From a virus (taxonomy: Duplodnaviria; Heunggongvirae; Uroviricota; Caudoviricetes): a stretch of DNA of 64,000 bases. Within the stretch, counting starts at the first letter, position 1, and each line of letters starts with the position of its first letter. Shown piece by piece: positions 1-9,425 of the stretch. The stretch lies in the IMG/VR virus record IMGVR_UViG_2799113139_000004; one strand, written 5' to 3'. The translations under genes and the position numbers were made by a program. The notes beneath the pieces are model-generated. The model searched no databases, had not been told where the DNA came from, and worked only from the letters and a program-made list of their open reading frames with translations.

Positions 1-337
1 ATGTTCGTAGCGCTGCTTCCGGCTACCGGAGAGGTCATTCATCACTATGTCGGGGGGCATGCGATGGTCTACATAGGTCAGCTTATTCAACTGCTCGGCG
101 GCGGCGTGCTCGCCACGCCGTGTCGGCGCGTAAACGGTCTACAGCTCGCAGCGCACTACCGCGCACTCAAGGACCAGGACGTCTGGACCCAGACCGCGGA
201 GGGTCTGCTGACACACGTCTCCATACCCCAAAGTAGTTGGAGGCATTCATGTCTCACGCCAATCCACGTGAAGCGCGGACGGCACTATAAACCGAGCTGG
301 ATTCACTGCCAGGCGTCAACCCCGCCAGGTGTTCAGA

Positions 338-832
338 TCATTTAACCGCTTTCGCCCTGGTTGTCCGCGTCGTCGTCTTCGCGGTCACTCGTCGCGTCGT
401 CGTCTTCGTCACCGGTTCCGGTTTTGTCTTGGAGCCCACGACTTTTGGGGCAACGTCATCGTCCTCCGTGTGCGAGCTGAATCTGACCAGTTCGCGCAGG
501 ATGGATAGGGCGGCGCTCAGTTGGTTGTCGTCGAGCTGATTGATGCCCGGTGGCAGCATCGCTTCGAGACGTGACTCGTTTTCGTTGATCGACATACCGA
601 GTGACCGACCGATGGCGAGAAGGACGATAGACGTCTTCACGTTGAGCGTCTTGCTGATGGCCTCGATCGTTTCCGGCTCGGGGAACACCTTGATCTCCCG
701 GCCGCTGGCGAACTGCCACCAACGCTGAGCCGAGATGGCGCCACCGCACTCAACCTCCAGCTCGTTGTAGGAGCGCGTGCCCTTCAGTGACGAAACAAGA
801 TCCTGTAAAGCCATGCCCTCGGATGATGCCAT
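338..832 (-). CDS. HTH (XRE-like) DNA-binding protein; candidate immunity repressor
   Basis: 164-aa ORF with an N-terminal helix-turn-helix segment (LQDLVSSLKGTRSYNELEVECGGAIS) and a basic low-complexity C-terminal tail. It is divergent from a Cro-like HTH gene across a 214-bp region rich in CTAGTA half-sites. Confidence 0.6.
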   Translation of the reverse strand: MASSEGMALQDLVSSLKGTRSYNELEVECGGAISAQRWWQFASGREIKVFPEPETIEAISKTLNVKTSIVLLAIGRSLGMSINENESRLEAMLPPGINQLDDNQLSAALSILRELVRFSSHTEDDDVAPKVVGSKTKPEPVTKTTTRRVTAKTTTRTTRAKAVK

Positions 833-1046
833 GTGAAACCCCTTCTACTCTCTCGGTCGTCGGTAGCTAGTAGTTAGCACCGTCTCATGGAGGAGATTCT
901 ACTGGTTTATGCGCTAGTGACTAGTGGTTGCTGAAGCCTATAACACCACAGCTCAACATGTGGGCTTTGGTTAGTCCGCGCGTTTGAAGTGCTAGTAACT
1001 TCGCTGGCGCGCCTAATCCAGTGGTTGACAGTCATAGTGCTAGTAA
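833..1046. promoter_or_regulatory. Divergent repressor/cro switch region with multiple CTAGTA/TCTACT operator half-sites
   Basis: 214-bp intergenic region between oppositely oriented HTH genes. Repeated half-sites are present (ttctactctc, ctagtagtta, attctactgg, ctagtgactagtgg, gctagtaact, gctagtaatt). Confidence 0.5.
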
Positions 1047-1400
1047 TTGATGATCAACGCATCCCGTTCAATCATCAGTCACCTCGTCTTCGAGGGGCGA
1101 AGGAGCGCAACCGTGGGCCGCAACGTCACATCAGTACAGGTCAAAGACCTGGGGCTGTTGCGGCACCTCGTAGGACCGGAGCCGGGCAAAGTGATGTCTG
1201 CGACGACGCTTGCACGTCGAATCGGCAGGCACCGTTCGTTTGTCGGGCATCTACTCAGTGGCGACCCTGATCGCTGCCGCACGTTCTCGGTTGAAGTGGC
1301 ACAAGCTATTTCGGTGGCGCTCGGCGTCAAGATGTCGCTACTTTTTCAGCCCGCGATATCAACCAGTAGACCTATAAATGTCTACCATGAGGCCGGCTGA
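1047..1400 (+). CDS. Cro-like HTH DNA-binding protein
   Basis: 117-aa ORF with an HTH segment (MSATTLARRIGRHRSFVGHLLSG), divergent from the repressor. The true start is uncertain. Confidence 0.5.
   Translation: MMINASRSIISHLVFEGRRSATVGRNVTSVQVKDLGLLRHLVGPEPGKVMSATTLARRIGRHRSFVGHLLSGDPDRCRTFSVEVAQAISVALGVKMSLLFQPAISTSRPINVYHEAG
1354..1378 (+). promoter_or_regulatory. First copy of the 25-bp element CGATATCAACCAGTAGACCTATAAA
   Basis: Lies within the 3' end of the Cro-like ORF, immediately upstream of the excisionase-like/methyltransferase operon. Confidence 0.45.
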
Positions 1401-1635
1401 CATGACCGACGTAGACGACAACGCAGTCGTTCAGATGGAGCCGATCTTCGTCGGCAAGAAGACCGCGGCGAGGGCTCTCGGGGAGATCTCGATGAACAAG
1501 CTGAATGAACTCATCAGAGCTGGGCGCATAAACCCCCGGATTCTGGACGGTCGCGTGATGTTCGCACCCGAGGAGCTTCGTAGGTTTGCTGCTGACCTAC
1601 CCTCTTGGGAGCCACCCGATAGCCGGGGTGTCTGA
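1378..1635 (+). CDS. Excisionase-like / MerR-type HTH DNA-binding protein
   Basis: 85-aa ORF with an HTH segment (AARALGEISMNKLNELIRAGRI), typical of Xis-like DNA-binding domains. Confidence 0.5.
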   Translation: MSTMRPADMTDVDDNAVVQMEPIFVGKKTAARALGEISMNKLNELIRAGRINPRILDGRVMFAPEELRRFAADLPSWEPPDSRGV

Positions 1636-1636
1636 A

Positions 1637-2872
1637 ATGACACTGAAACTTGGCTCTCTGTTTTCCGGCGCGGGCGGCTTGGATCTTGCTATCTCGGCTG
1701 TTTTCGACACCGAGACGGCCTGGGTCGTCGAGTTCAACAAGGACGCCCAGAAGGTTCTCGCGACACGCTTCCCCGACGTTCCGAATCTCATCGACGTGAC
1801 GCTGGTCGACTGGAACCAGGTCGAACCCGTGGATGTGCTTGCGGGTGGCTTCCCATGTCAGGACGTGAGCTGCTGCGGTGCCCGCGCTGGTCTGACCGAG
1901 GGCACGCGCTCGGGTCTGTGGTCGTACTTCGCCGACGCCATCGCCATCTTGCGTCCGAAGTTCGTCGTCATCGAGAACGTAAGGGGTCTGCTCAGTGCAA
2001 CCGCCAGTCGCAACGTGGAATCAGCAGACGCAGACCTGGGAGAAGACCCAAGCCGGCCTGACCTCAACGCAGCCGGAGCCGTACTCGGAGACCTGGCCGG
2101 ACTCGGGTATAACGCGAGCTGGCGAACTGTACCCGCGTCATGGTGGGGAGCCCCGCATAAGCGCGAACGAGTCTTCATCCTTGCCCACCGCGCAGACGTC
2201 ACCGCGGCTGAAATCCAAGAAGCCATCCGACCCGGATCAGGGCTCACTTCTGAGCTGATCACCGAGCCCGTGCCGGTTCTACTGCCGACGCCGATCGCGC
2301 TCCAGAACAACACGCATACCAGCAGCGGCAAGCCACTGCTGACCGGCCTCGTCAAAGAGCTGTTCCCACTTCTGCCGACACTGCGAGCGAGCGACGCCAA
2401 CGGTGCTGGTGCACCACACGGTGACGGCGGTCCCGATCTGCGCACCGTAGTAGCCGAGACGTTCCCGCTGCTGCCAACGCTGATGGCGACCGATGGGCAG
2501 CGCATGGGCTACGCGCCAGACAGGCGGCGCAGCTTCGGAATCGGCGCATCGGTCGTCCAGATGATCGATCTGGCGACCGTCTACGGCGAACCCGAATGGA
2601 AGCAATACCAACCAGCGATCGACCGATGGTCCGCATTGTTCCGTCCCGCGCCCTACCCGGTCGTTCCCGGCAACGGCTCACCACAGCTCAGCGCGCGGTT
2701 CGCCGAATGGATGATGGGCTGGCCGCTCGATTGGGTGAACCTCGACGGCCTCTCGCGCCGCGCGCAACTTCGCATCTGCGGCAACGGCGTTGTCCCGCAA
2801 CAGGCCGCGGGCGCGCTCGGATGGATGCTCAACGACCTTCTGGCAGAGCTGACGCAGGCGGTGGCTGCATGA
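1637..2872 (+). CDS. DNA (cytosine-5)-methyltransferase
   Basis: C5-MTase motif I (LFSGAGGLDLA), motif IV (GGFPCQDVS) and the ENV motif (VIENV). ATG at 1637 lies right after the upstream stop. Confidence 0.85.
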   Translation: MTLKLGSLFSGAGGLDLAISAVFDTETAWVVEFNKDAQKVLATRFPDVPNLIDVTLVDWNQVEPVDVLAGGFPCQDVSCCGARAGLTEGTRSGLWSYFADAIAILRPKFVVIENVRGLLSATASRNVESADADLGEDPSRPDLNAAGAVLGDLAGLGYNASWRTVPASWWGAPHKRERVFILAHRADVTAAEIQEAIRPGSGLTSELITEPVPVLLPTPIALQNNTHTSSGKPLLTGLVKELFPLLPTLRASDANGAGAPHGDGGPDLRTVVAETFPLLPTLMATDGQRMGYAPDRRRSFGIGASVVQMIDLATVYGEPEWKQYQPAIDRWSALFRPAPYPVVPGNGSPQLSARFAEWMMGWPLDWVNLDGLSRRAQLRICGNGVVPQQAAGALGWMLNDLLAELTQAVAA

Positions 2873-2999
2873 GTGCCAACCCCGCACACCTCGACTTCAG
2901 GCCGTCCCGACAGCGTGCATGGGAGCTGCCGACGACGACCTGAAGATCCGCAACAACACAACAACACAACAACGCACCAGCGGAAGAAGAGAGATCGAA

Positions 3000-3116
3000 A
3001 TGCGAAGCAACAGAATGACTCCGGGCGATTACTTCGCCTGGGGTATGACGACTGTCCTTATGTTCATTATGGGCGGCGCGATCATGGGCGCCTACATCGC
3101 GACGGTAGGTGTCTGA
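3000..3116 (+). CDS. Small membrane protein (38 aa)
   Basis: ATG at 3000 preceded by an A/C-rich run plus GGAAGAAGAGAG SD. The product has one hydrophobic TM helix (WGMTTVLMFIMGGAIMGAYIATVGV). Confidence 0.5.
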   Translation: MRSNRMTPGDYFAWGMTTVLMFIMGGAIMGAYIATVGV

Positions 3117-3427
3117 TGGGACACCCCACCTACCCCAGCGGCTCTGTCGCCATCGGCGTGTGCAGCAACGGCGACAACCACGTCATGACCCTGCTTCGAG
3201 ACGCAAAAGGCTGGCACGCCATAGGTGTTGACGAGGCTGGCGTCTTCGAGATGTTCATTCAGCCCGCCGACCTCATCGCCCAGCTCGTCACCGGAGCAGA
3301 GATGCCCGCCATCACCGACGACGAGTTCTATCACCTGCAAGAGGGGTCGAAACACCTCGTCTTCAAGGTGGTCCACCAGCCGACAGCAGAGCTGGCTAGC
3401 GTCGAGGAGGGTGTCACCAATGGCTGA
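3116..3427 (+). CDS. Hypothetical protein (paralog of the N-terminus of 3420-3980)
   Basis: ATG at 3116 overlaps the upstream stop. The N-terminal motif YPSGSVAIGVCSNGDNHV recurs in the next gene. Confidence 0.55.
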   Translation: MGHPTYPSGSVAIGVCSNGDNHVMTLLRDAKGWHAIGVDEAGVFEMFIQPADLIAQLVTGAEMPAITDDEFYHLQEGSKHLVFKVVHQPTAELASVEEGVTNG

Positions 3428-3980
3428 GTATCCGCGCGGCACAATGGCCTTCGGGGTTTGCCCCGCGAACGACAATCACGTCCGAATCGCGATGAAGGCC
3501 GATGACGGTTGGCACGTGTCCAGTGTCAACGAGGGTGGTCAGGCGATGATCCATCAGGAACCCAGCCCTGAGCATGAATTCATCGCCTCGATGCAAGACG
3601 AGGTGTGGATCATCTGCCATCACCCAACCGAGCCGATGACACCGCCGACATTCCCCGAGATGACGGATTACCCCAGTGGGAGCGTCGTCTACAGGCCCGC
3701 TGAGGAATACGACGACATGCCGATCATGAGCGGACTGAAGACACCGACGGGCTGGCTGCTGTTCCGTGTCACACCGGATGGCGGCTTCGAGTCGATGGCG
3801 TTGATCGCGGCGATGATCAAGCAGATGTTCCCCGGCGCTAAGACGCCATTCCCGCAGGACTATCAGATGTTCGGCGACCCCGAAGAGCCAACCACCATGG
3901 GCGGCAAGGGTTTCTGGAGAGTGGCCCATATCCCGAAGAAGACGACCGCGGCGGCGTCGCTGAAGGCGATGTGGAACTGA
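3420..3980 (+). CDS. Hypothetical protein with internal duplication
   Basis: ATG at 3420 overlaps the upstream stop (ATGGCTGA). The N-terminus is homologous to the previous gene (FGVCPANDNHV) and a second YPSGSV motif sits mid-protein. Confidence 0.6.
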   Translation: MAEYPRGTMAFGVCPANDNHVRIAMKADDGWHVSSVNEGGQAMIHQEPSPEHEFIASMQDEVWIICHHPTEPMTPPTFPEMTDYPSGSVVYRPAEEYDDMPIMSGLKTPTGWLLFRVTPDGGFESMALIAAMIKQMFPGAKTPFPQDYQMFGDPEEPTTMGGKGFWRVAHIPKKTTAAASLKAMWN

Positions 3981-4510
3981 TGGCCGACATGGATCTGATC
4001 GTGGTGGACCTCGAAACCACCGGACTGGACAGCGTGATTCACCGCCCCTTGGAGGTGGCCGCCATCAACGTGACCACCGGAGAAGAGCTGTACTTCGTCC
4101 CCTTCATCGACTCGCGAGACATGGTGAACGCCGACCCGGAATCGTTGCGCATCAACCGCTACTACGAGCGCGGCGTCTTCCGCAACATGTTGAAGAGCAC
4201 AGCAGACAATATGCTGCACTATAACCACCTATTCACAATGTTGCGCGGCAAGCGATTTGGTGGAGCGAACCCTCGCTTCGACGCGCAAATGCTGACGACT
4301 GCGGCCAACATGCCGGAGAGCTGGCACTATCGCCTGGCCGATGTCTGCTCGTACACGAGCGGAGCACTCGGCTTGGACGGTAGCGACATTCGGGGCCTGC
4401 ACGACATATGCGCCTCGCTATCGGTCGAGCAGAGCGAAGCACACAGCGCCTTGGATGACGCTCGCGTGACGGCCGAGTGCTTCCGGCGAGCAATGGAGCG
4501 ACGCCGATGA
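3980..4510 (+). CDS. DnaQ-like 3'-5' exonuclease (DEDDh)
   Basis: Exo I motif (VVDLETTGL) and Exo III motif (HSALDDARVTAEC). Alternative start at 3971. Confidence 0.7.
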   Translation: MADMDLIVVDLETTGLDSVIHRPLEVAAINVTTGEELYFVPFIDSRDMVNADPESLRINRYYERGVFRNMLKSTADNMLHYNHLFTMLRGKRFGGANPRFDAQMLTTAANMPESWHYRLADVCSYTSGALGLDGSDIRGLHDICASLSVEQSEAHSALDDARVTAECFRRAMERRR

Positions 4511-4926
4511 TCACACGCATCAAGCAGATCATCGTCAACCTGATTCAGCCATCGCCCGGCATGGAGGCGCGCATCGAGGTCGATACCTGGCTGATCGGTG
4601 AGAGCTGCTTCGTCATCGAACCCAGCGCCGACGACGACCAGGTGACCATCCGTGACCGGACGAAAGACTGGCCGCTGATCAGTGGAAACTACTGGCTCGC
4701 AACGAGTCTCGGGCGGGTTATCGCAATCGGCATCCGGTTGCTCGATAGCGATCAGTGGTCTATCTCAGTCGGCGCGGAGTCGGGCGGACACGACGGTCCA
4801 CCGCCTGACGCATGGGACATCAAGTTTCGCGCCATGCCGTATCGGGGCATGCACGACCCGCTGATCGTCGTGCAGCTCGAAGAGGGCGAGTACATCGCCA
4901 GCATCGTGGAGGAGGTCGACCAATGA
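4507..4926 (+). CDS. Hypothetical protein
   Basis: ATGA overlap with the upstream stop; coding-like composition. Confidence 0.5.
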   Translation: MITRIKQIIVNLIQPSPGMEARIEVDTWLIGESCFVIEPSADDDQVTIRDRTKDWPLISGNYWLATSLGRVIAIGIRLLDSDQWSISVGAESGGHDGPPPDAWDIKFRAMPYRGMHDPLIVVQLEEGEYIASIVEEVDQ

Positions 4927-5654
4927 CACTCGCACTCGTTCAAGACGTCGAGGTCGATGTCAACGACGCGCTGATCAACGCCAAAACGCCGACAGAAACA
5001 CGGAAATCCCGGAAAGCGGTCTACTGGCGCAAGAGACGCGCGGAGCTGTCAGCGACGGCGTTGGACCGCCTAGACGATGCCGGAATCGTGCTCCCGTTGT
5101 TCGGTGGAATGATGACCATCCCCGAGATCTGCGACTACTTCGGCATCAGCCGGTCTGCCCTGACCAACATCGCGCGCGCCAACTACACGGAACTGATTGA
5201 CGTCGGGTACATGCCCGGCAGCGTCACGCGGCCCACGCGGTATAGCGAGATGGCGATCATTCACGTCGCGATGATCTTGCGGTCCAGTACATCTGATCAG
5301 GCCGCGGAGATTCAGAAGGCGCTCGGCATGTTCAAGCCGCCGCGCACCGCGAAGAAGCGACACATCAGCGCCGCGCACATCAAGGTCTGTGGTCGCATTC
5401 TCGATGAGGCTTACGCGCTCATCAGCGACATTCGCGAACAGGACCCCGAGGAGGTCTGGCGCGATCTGGACCGGCGAAGTCGTCACGATCTTCAGATGAC
5501 GGCCGTCGCTCTGGCGTCGCTGATCCCGGCTGATCAGGGTGGCTTGCGCGCCTGGCTGTCGCGTCTGGGCATGAACCTTCGATCGTCAGCGCTGAACAAG
5601 GCCGCGGTCGGTCTGGCGAGCCTGGTGCCGAGCCGGCAGGAGATCGCCGAATGA
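4923..5654 (+). CDS. Hypothetical protein
   Basis: ATGA start/stop overlap; 243-aa ORF with coding-like composition. Confidence 0.5.
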   Translation: MTLALVQDVEVDVNDALINAKTPTETRKSRKAVYWRKRRAELSATALDRLDDAGIVLPLFGGMMTIPEICDYFGISRSALTNIARANYTELIDVGYMPGSVTRPTRYSEMAIIHVAMILRSSTSDQAAEIQKALGMFKPPRTAKKRHISAAHIKVCGRILDEAYALISDIREQDPEEVWRDLDRRSRHDLQMTAVALASLIPADQGGLRAWLSRLGMNLRSSALNKAAVGLASLVPSRQEIAE

Positions 5655-5965
5655 CACTGGACGTCAAGAGGTATCGAAGAAGCGAGCCGCAGGACGTGGA
5701 GGTGGTGGAGTTTCGTGCCGACATGTCCCCGGCGGAGGTCAGCGAACTAGCAGACTGGTGCGGTGGCATGGCGATCGCATCGCCGAGAGACGATGGAACG
5801 CTGCGATATTCAATGCTGGTTCCCAATCCCACCAGTCGCGAAAATGATCTGCTGGCCACGCCTGGGGGCTTGATCGTCAAGGCGCAAGCGCGGGACGGGC
5901 ACGCCTTCTATCCGGCCAGTCGGGATGCGCTCATGGGTATGTATCACGAGGTCACGACGTCGTGA
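5651..5965 (+). CDS. Hypothetical protein
   Basis: ATGA overlap; 104 aa. Confidence 0.45.
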   Translation: MTLDVKRYRRSEPQDVEVVEFRADMSPAEVSELADWCGGMAIASPRDDGTLRYSMLVPNPTSRENDLLATPGGLIVKAQARDGHAFYPASRDALMGMYHEVTTS

Positions 5966-6237
5966 ATGTCAACGAAGTACCGAATCGTCGCCGCGCGGTC
6001 TACGACGGTGATGCGCGCGAGGTTGCCGGGTCCAAGCAGTTGCTTGGCCCGTGCAACCGCGGCATCTTCTGGCGGCCAGTCAACGCCATCTACGACAGTG
6101 AGAACGACAAGACCACAGTCGTATTCGCGCCCGTCCCGCGCGATGAGGTCATGGCCATCGCGTCGGAAGCGCTCACGACACAGCGCGAGACGCTGGCTGA
6201 TCTCATGGCCATCGGCCTGCTCGGCGGTCGGCAGTGA
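5962..6237 (+). CDS. Hypothetical protein
   Basis: GTG start overlapping the upstream stop; 91 aa. Confidence 0.4.
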   Translation: MNVNEVPNRRRAVYDGDAREVAGSKQLLGPCNRGIFWRPVNAIYDSENDKTTVVFAPVPRDEVMAIASEALTTQRETLADLMAIGLLGGRQ

Positions 6238-7286
6238 CCGAATCAGGTGATCTCTTCGACGGTCCGATGAGTTCAGCGCCCACCGACGCTGGACCCAAGC
6301 GCGATCACTTCGGTGTGTACCGCAACGGCAACAACCAACCGCTGATCATGACGCCCGAGGGCGACAAGCGACTGGCCTACCAGCGCACGACATTGTTCAT
6401 CGAGCATCTGGAGGACGGCAGCAGCGACGGCCTGCGCATCTGGCAAGAGCGCCTGACGCTGATGGGTCTCATTCAGTCCGCGGAGCTGCGCGCGGAACTG
6501 ATGGCGTGGAACGGCGAACTGCGCGACCTCACCGACATCGCCAAGCGCGCAGCGCGTCTGGCTGGCCGCGACGAGAAGCAGGAATGGGGGTCGATGATGC
6601 ACCAGATCACCGACGCCTTGGACCGCGGCGACATGATGCCGCGCGAGTGGTGGAACGAGAACACGAAGTCATTCGAGCCCGTACCGCCGGAAGCCCGTCG
6701 CGACGCGGACGCCTATCAGATGGCTACGCGCTGTCTTGAGCATGAGCTGGCTGAGCACATGCACGTGTACGACGAATACCGTGTGGCCGGCACCCCTGAC
6801 CGGCGATCTCGGTACAAGTCCCGCGGCAAGGTGGTCGGTCGGCCCAAGATCGTTGACCTGAAGACCGGCACGTTGCATCCGCGCATGGTCGAAGCACAGC
6901 TTGCGATGTACGCGCACAGCACCCCGTACGACGTCGAGAACGAGGTTCGCGAGGACTACGGGCCAGTAGACATCAAGCGCGGCATCGTGATCCACCTACC
7001 GATGCAGCAGGCCACGTGTGAACTGCACTGGGCCGATCTAACGAAGGGGTGGAACGACTGCAAGATTGCGCGTGAGAAGCATCAGAAGGGCTTGCGCCGC
7101 AAGCTCGAAGCGCTCGGGCGCATCGTCGAGCTAGGGCCGGATATCCCGCTGACTGACCGAATCAGCTTGGCATGCAACGTCGAGGCCCTACGAGACGTGT
7201 GGACCGAGGCATCTCAACGCGGTGAACTGACCGATGGATTCAAGGCCGCGATCAAGGAGCGTCTGACCCGCCTGGGTGCAGCGTAG
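6234..7286 (+). CDS. PD-(D/E)xK nuclease, Cas4/RecB-family exonuclease-like
   Basis: IVDLKTG motif matches the RecB/Cas4 (I/V)DYKTG motif, followed by a QLAMYAH (QhxxY) motif. GTG at 6234 overlaps the upstream stop (alternative ATG at 6267). Confidence 0.55.
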   Translation: MTESGDLFDGPMSSAPTDAGPKRDHFGVYRNGNNQPLIMTPEGDKRLAYQRTTLFIEHLEDGSSDGLRIWQERLTLMGLIQSAELRAELMAWNGELRDLTDIAKRAARLAGRDEKQEWGSMMHQITDALDRGDMMPREWWNENTKSFEPVPPEARRDADAYQMATRCLEHELAEHMHVYDEYRVAGTPDRRSRYKSRGKVVGRPKIVDLKTGTLHPRMVEAQLAMYAHSTPYDVENEVREDYGPVDIKRGIVIHLPMQQATCELHWADLTKGWNDCKIAREKHQKGLRRKLEALGRIVELGPDIPLTDRISLACNVEALRDVWTEASQRGELTDGFKAAIKERLTRLGAA

Positions 7287-7319
7287 TCACAACAACAATC
7301 AACGGAAGAAGGGTACGAA

Positions 7320-8315
7320 ATGAGCTGGCAGATGTGGACATTCATTGTCCTGGCGGTGATCGGGCTGCCGATTCTGGCGTTTGGTCTATCGGCATTCTTC
7401 GGGGCCAAGGAGCCTGGTGAGTATCCGGAGAAGCCCGAGTGTAATCAGTACGACAGCGCCTATATGAAGTGGGAGGACGACACCAGGCGATGGAATCGCG
7501 ACGATGAGAGCTACCTAGAGCGCCGACACGCAGGCAAGCTGATCGCCGGCGCTGGGGTTGGAGTGCTCACGCTGGCGACGCTCATCCTGATCTTCGGGTG
7601 CTTCACTATTGTTGCGACGCGCAGTGTCGGCATCGTGACCACGTTCGGAAAGCCTTCAGGCGCAACGCTTCAGAACGGGCTTCATACCAAGACTCCATGG
7701 TCGACCGTGACCGAGATGGACGGCGCGATTCAGAACGATGTCTTCAACGGCGATCATCGCGTGAAGATCCGGCTCGGTAACAACTCGACAGCAGACGCAG
7801 ACGTCAACGTGCGCTGGCAGATCAAGCCCGACGCTGCTGATGTGCTCTTCGTCCAGTACAAGACGTTCGACAACGTGAAGAGCAATCTCGTCACTCGCTC
7901 GCTTCAGTCGGCCATGAACGAGACCTTCGCGTCATTCGATCCCCTGACGCCGAAGAACGCGACCAACGGCGCTGACCTGGGCTCACTGTCGAAGCAGGTT
8001 CAGCAGCGTCTCATCGACAAGATCAACAGCCAGATCGACGTCCTGGAGGTCAACGTACCGATCATCGACTACGACCAGCAGACCGAGGACAAGATCAACC
8101 AGTTCAACGCCGAGAAGGCCAACACGGCTGTCGCGGAGCAGGCCAAGCAGACGGCACAGGCTCAGGCCGACGCCAACCGCATTCTGGCTGGCTCGGTGTC
8201 CAACGACCCCAACGTGATCATCATGTACTGCATTCAGAAGTCGTTGGAGAAGGGTCAGCCCACCGCGGGCTGCTGGCCGATCAACGGCGCTATCCCAACG
8301 GTGCCGGTCCGATGA
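7320..8315 (+). CDS. SPFH/band-7 family membrane protein
   Basis: Two N-terminal TM helices, then VGIVTTFGK (HflK/C-like) and an Ala/Gln-rich coiled-coil tail (AEQAKQTAQAQADANRILAG). Strong upstream SD. Confidence 0.7.
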   Translation: MSWQMWTFIVLAVIGLPILAFGLSAFFGAKEPGEYPEKPECNQYDSAYMKWEDDTRRWNRDDESYLERRHAGKLIAGAGVGVLTLATLILIFGCFTIVATRSVGIVTTFGKPSGATLQNGLHTKTPWSTVTEMDGAIQNDVFNGDHRVKIRLGNNSTADADVNVRWQIKPDAADVLFVQYKTFDNVKSNLVTRSLQSAMNETFASFDPLTPKNATNGADLGSLSKQVQQRLIDKINSQIDVLEVNVPIIDYDQQTEDKINQFNAEKANTAVAEQAKQTAQAQADANRILAGSVSNDPNVIIMYCIQKSLEKGQPTAGCWPINGAIPTVPVR

Positions 8316-8659
8316 ACACCCTCTCGGAGTACCAGCGCGAAGCGGCGAAGACGGCCATCTACCCCGGCGCTGGTGACACAACGAGCGTTGACGGATTGTC
8401 ATACGCCACCATGGGGCTGGTCGGTGAAGCCGGTGAGATCGCCAACAAGGTCAAGAAGATCCTGCGCGACAACGAAGGCGTGATCACCGACGAAGCCAGC
8501 TTGGCGATTTTGTACGAGCTGGGTGACGTGCTCTGGTACGTCGCGGCGCTGGCTACTCAGTTGAACGTCGATCTGACGGACATCGCCGGTTTGAACCTCG
8601 GCAAGCTGCAAGCTCGCGCGGCCGCTGGACGCTTGCAAGGCGCGGGCGATAGTAGATGA
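8312..8659 (+). CDS. MazG-like nucleotide pyrophosphohydrolase
   Basis: Matches the MazG fold (GLVGEAGEIANKVKK, YELGDVLWYVAALA). Confidence 0.8.
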   Translation: MNTLSEYQREAAKTAIYPGAGDTTSVDGLSYATMGLVGEAGEIANKVKKILRDNEGVITDEASLAILYELGDVLWYVAALATQLNVDLTDIAGLNLGKLQARAAAGRLQGAGDSR

Positions 8660-8844
8660 CAACCTCACTGAAGCATCACAATCCACACGCGCTGTACATG
8701 CCTCTCGACGGCGGTGATGCTCAAGCGAGACGTCTGAATGCGCAGATAGCCATGATCAGACGAGCACGGGAGACGGGTCACTACATCACCGAAACCGAAG
8801 CCAATCTGGCTGGACTGCAATATAAACCGCTGACTAGAGCCTAA
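8656..8844 (+). CDS. Hypothetical protein
   Basis: 62-aa ORF with an overlapping start. Confidence 0.35.
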   Translation: MTTSLKHHNPHALYMPLDGGDAQARRLNAQIAMIRRARETGHYITETEANLAGLQYKPLTRA

Positions 8845-8913
8845 CCGGCATCGTCCGGTGAAGGGCATACGTGCGTCGTGCGTATGAACTACTGGTAAGA
8901 AAAGGATGAACCA

Positions 8914-9390
8914 ATGAGTGATGACCAGTTCGATGGACCCGGCTCAGCCGACCAGATCAACTGGGAAGACCTGGAAGGTCGGCTGATGCTGCTCCAGCCG
9001 CTTGAGCTGAAGGAGCGCGTGAAAACGAAGTCGTATGGCGAGAAGGACGCGATCGTGGTGAACCTTCACGTCCTCGATGGCCCGGAGGCCGGCACGGTGT
9101 ACCGCAACGGGTACGTCTTCCCGCTGGTGCTTCAGGGTCAGATCCGCGGCAACCTCGGCACCGGGCGATTCAACCTGGGCCGACTCGGCAAGGGTGTACC
9201 CAACCCCGGCCAGAAGCCGCCGTGGAAGCTGTCCGACCCCACTGACGCCGAGAAGGACACGGCGCGTAGGTATCTCGCCAGCGACAAGTACAAGCAGAAC
9301 AGCGCGGCACCGGTTGCGGCAGCATCGGCACCAGCGCCAGCACCGGCCAGTGATCCGTGGTCGAACGCGAGCGATGAGCCGCCGTTCTGA
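8914..9390 (+). CDS. Hypothetical protein; possible SSB-like (OB-fold plus disordered acidic tail ending DEPPF)
   Basis: Strong SD (aaaaggatgaacca). The disordered Ala/Pro-rich C-terminus ending SDEPPF resembles the SSB tail tip DDDIPF. Sits among replication genes. Confidence 0.5.
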   Translation: MSDDQFDGPGSADQINWEDLEGRLMLLQPLELKERVKTKSYGEKDAIVVNLHVLDGPEAGTVYRNGYVFPLVLQGQIRGNLGTGRFNLGRLGKGVPNPGQKPPWKLSDPTDAEKDTARRYLASDKYKQNSAAPVAAASAPAPAPASDPWSNASDEPPF

Positions 9391-9425
9391 TGAGCCGCTG
9401 AAGGGTACCTCCTAGCCCTTCGGCA

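Noticed and set aside
1-345. 114-aa plus-strand ORF at the window start
   Set aside because: Low-complexity, non-coding-like composition with no SD. It is more likely non-coding sequence downstream of the minus-strand repressor gene. No tRNA or att-like structure was recognised.
8845-8913. Imperfect inverted repeat CATACG..CGTATG after 8656-8844
   Set aside because: Short arms with mismatches and no U-tract, so not convincing as a terminator.
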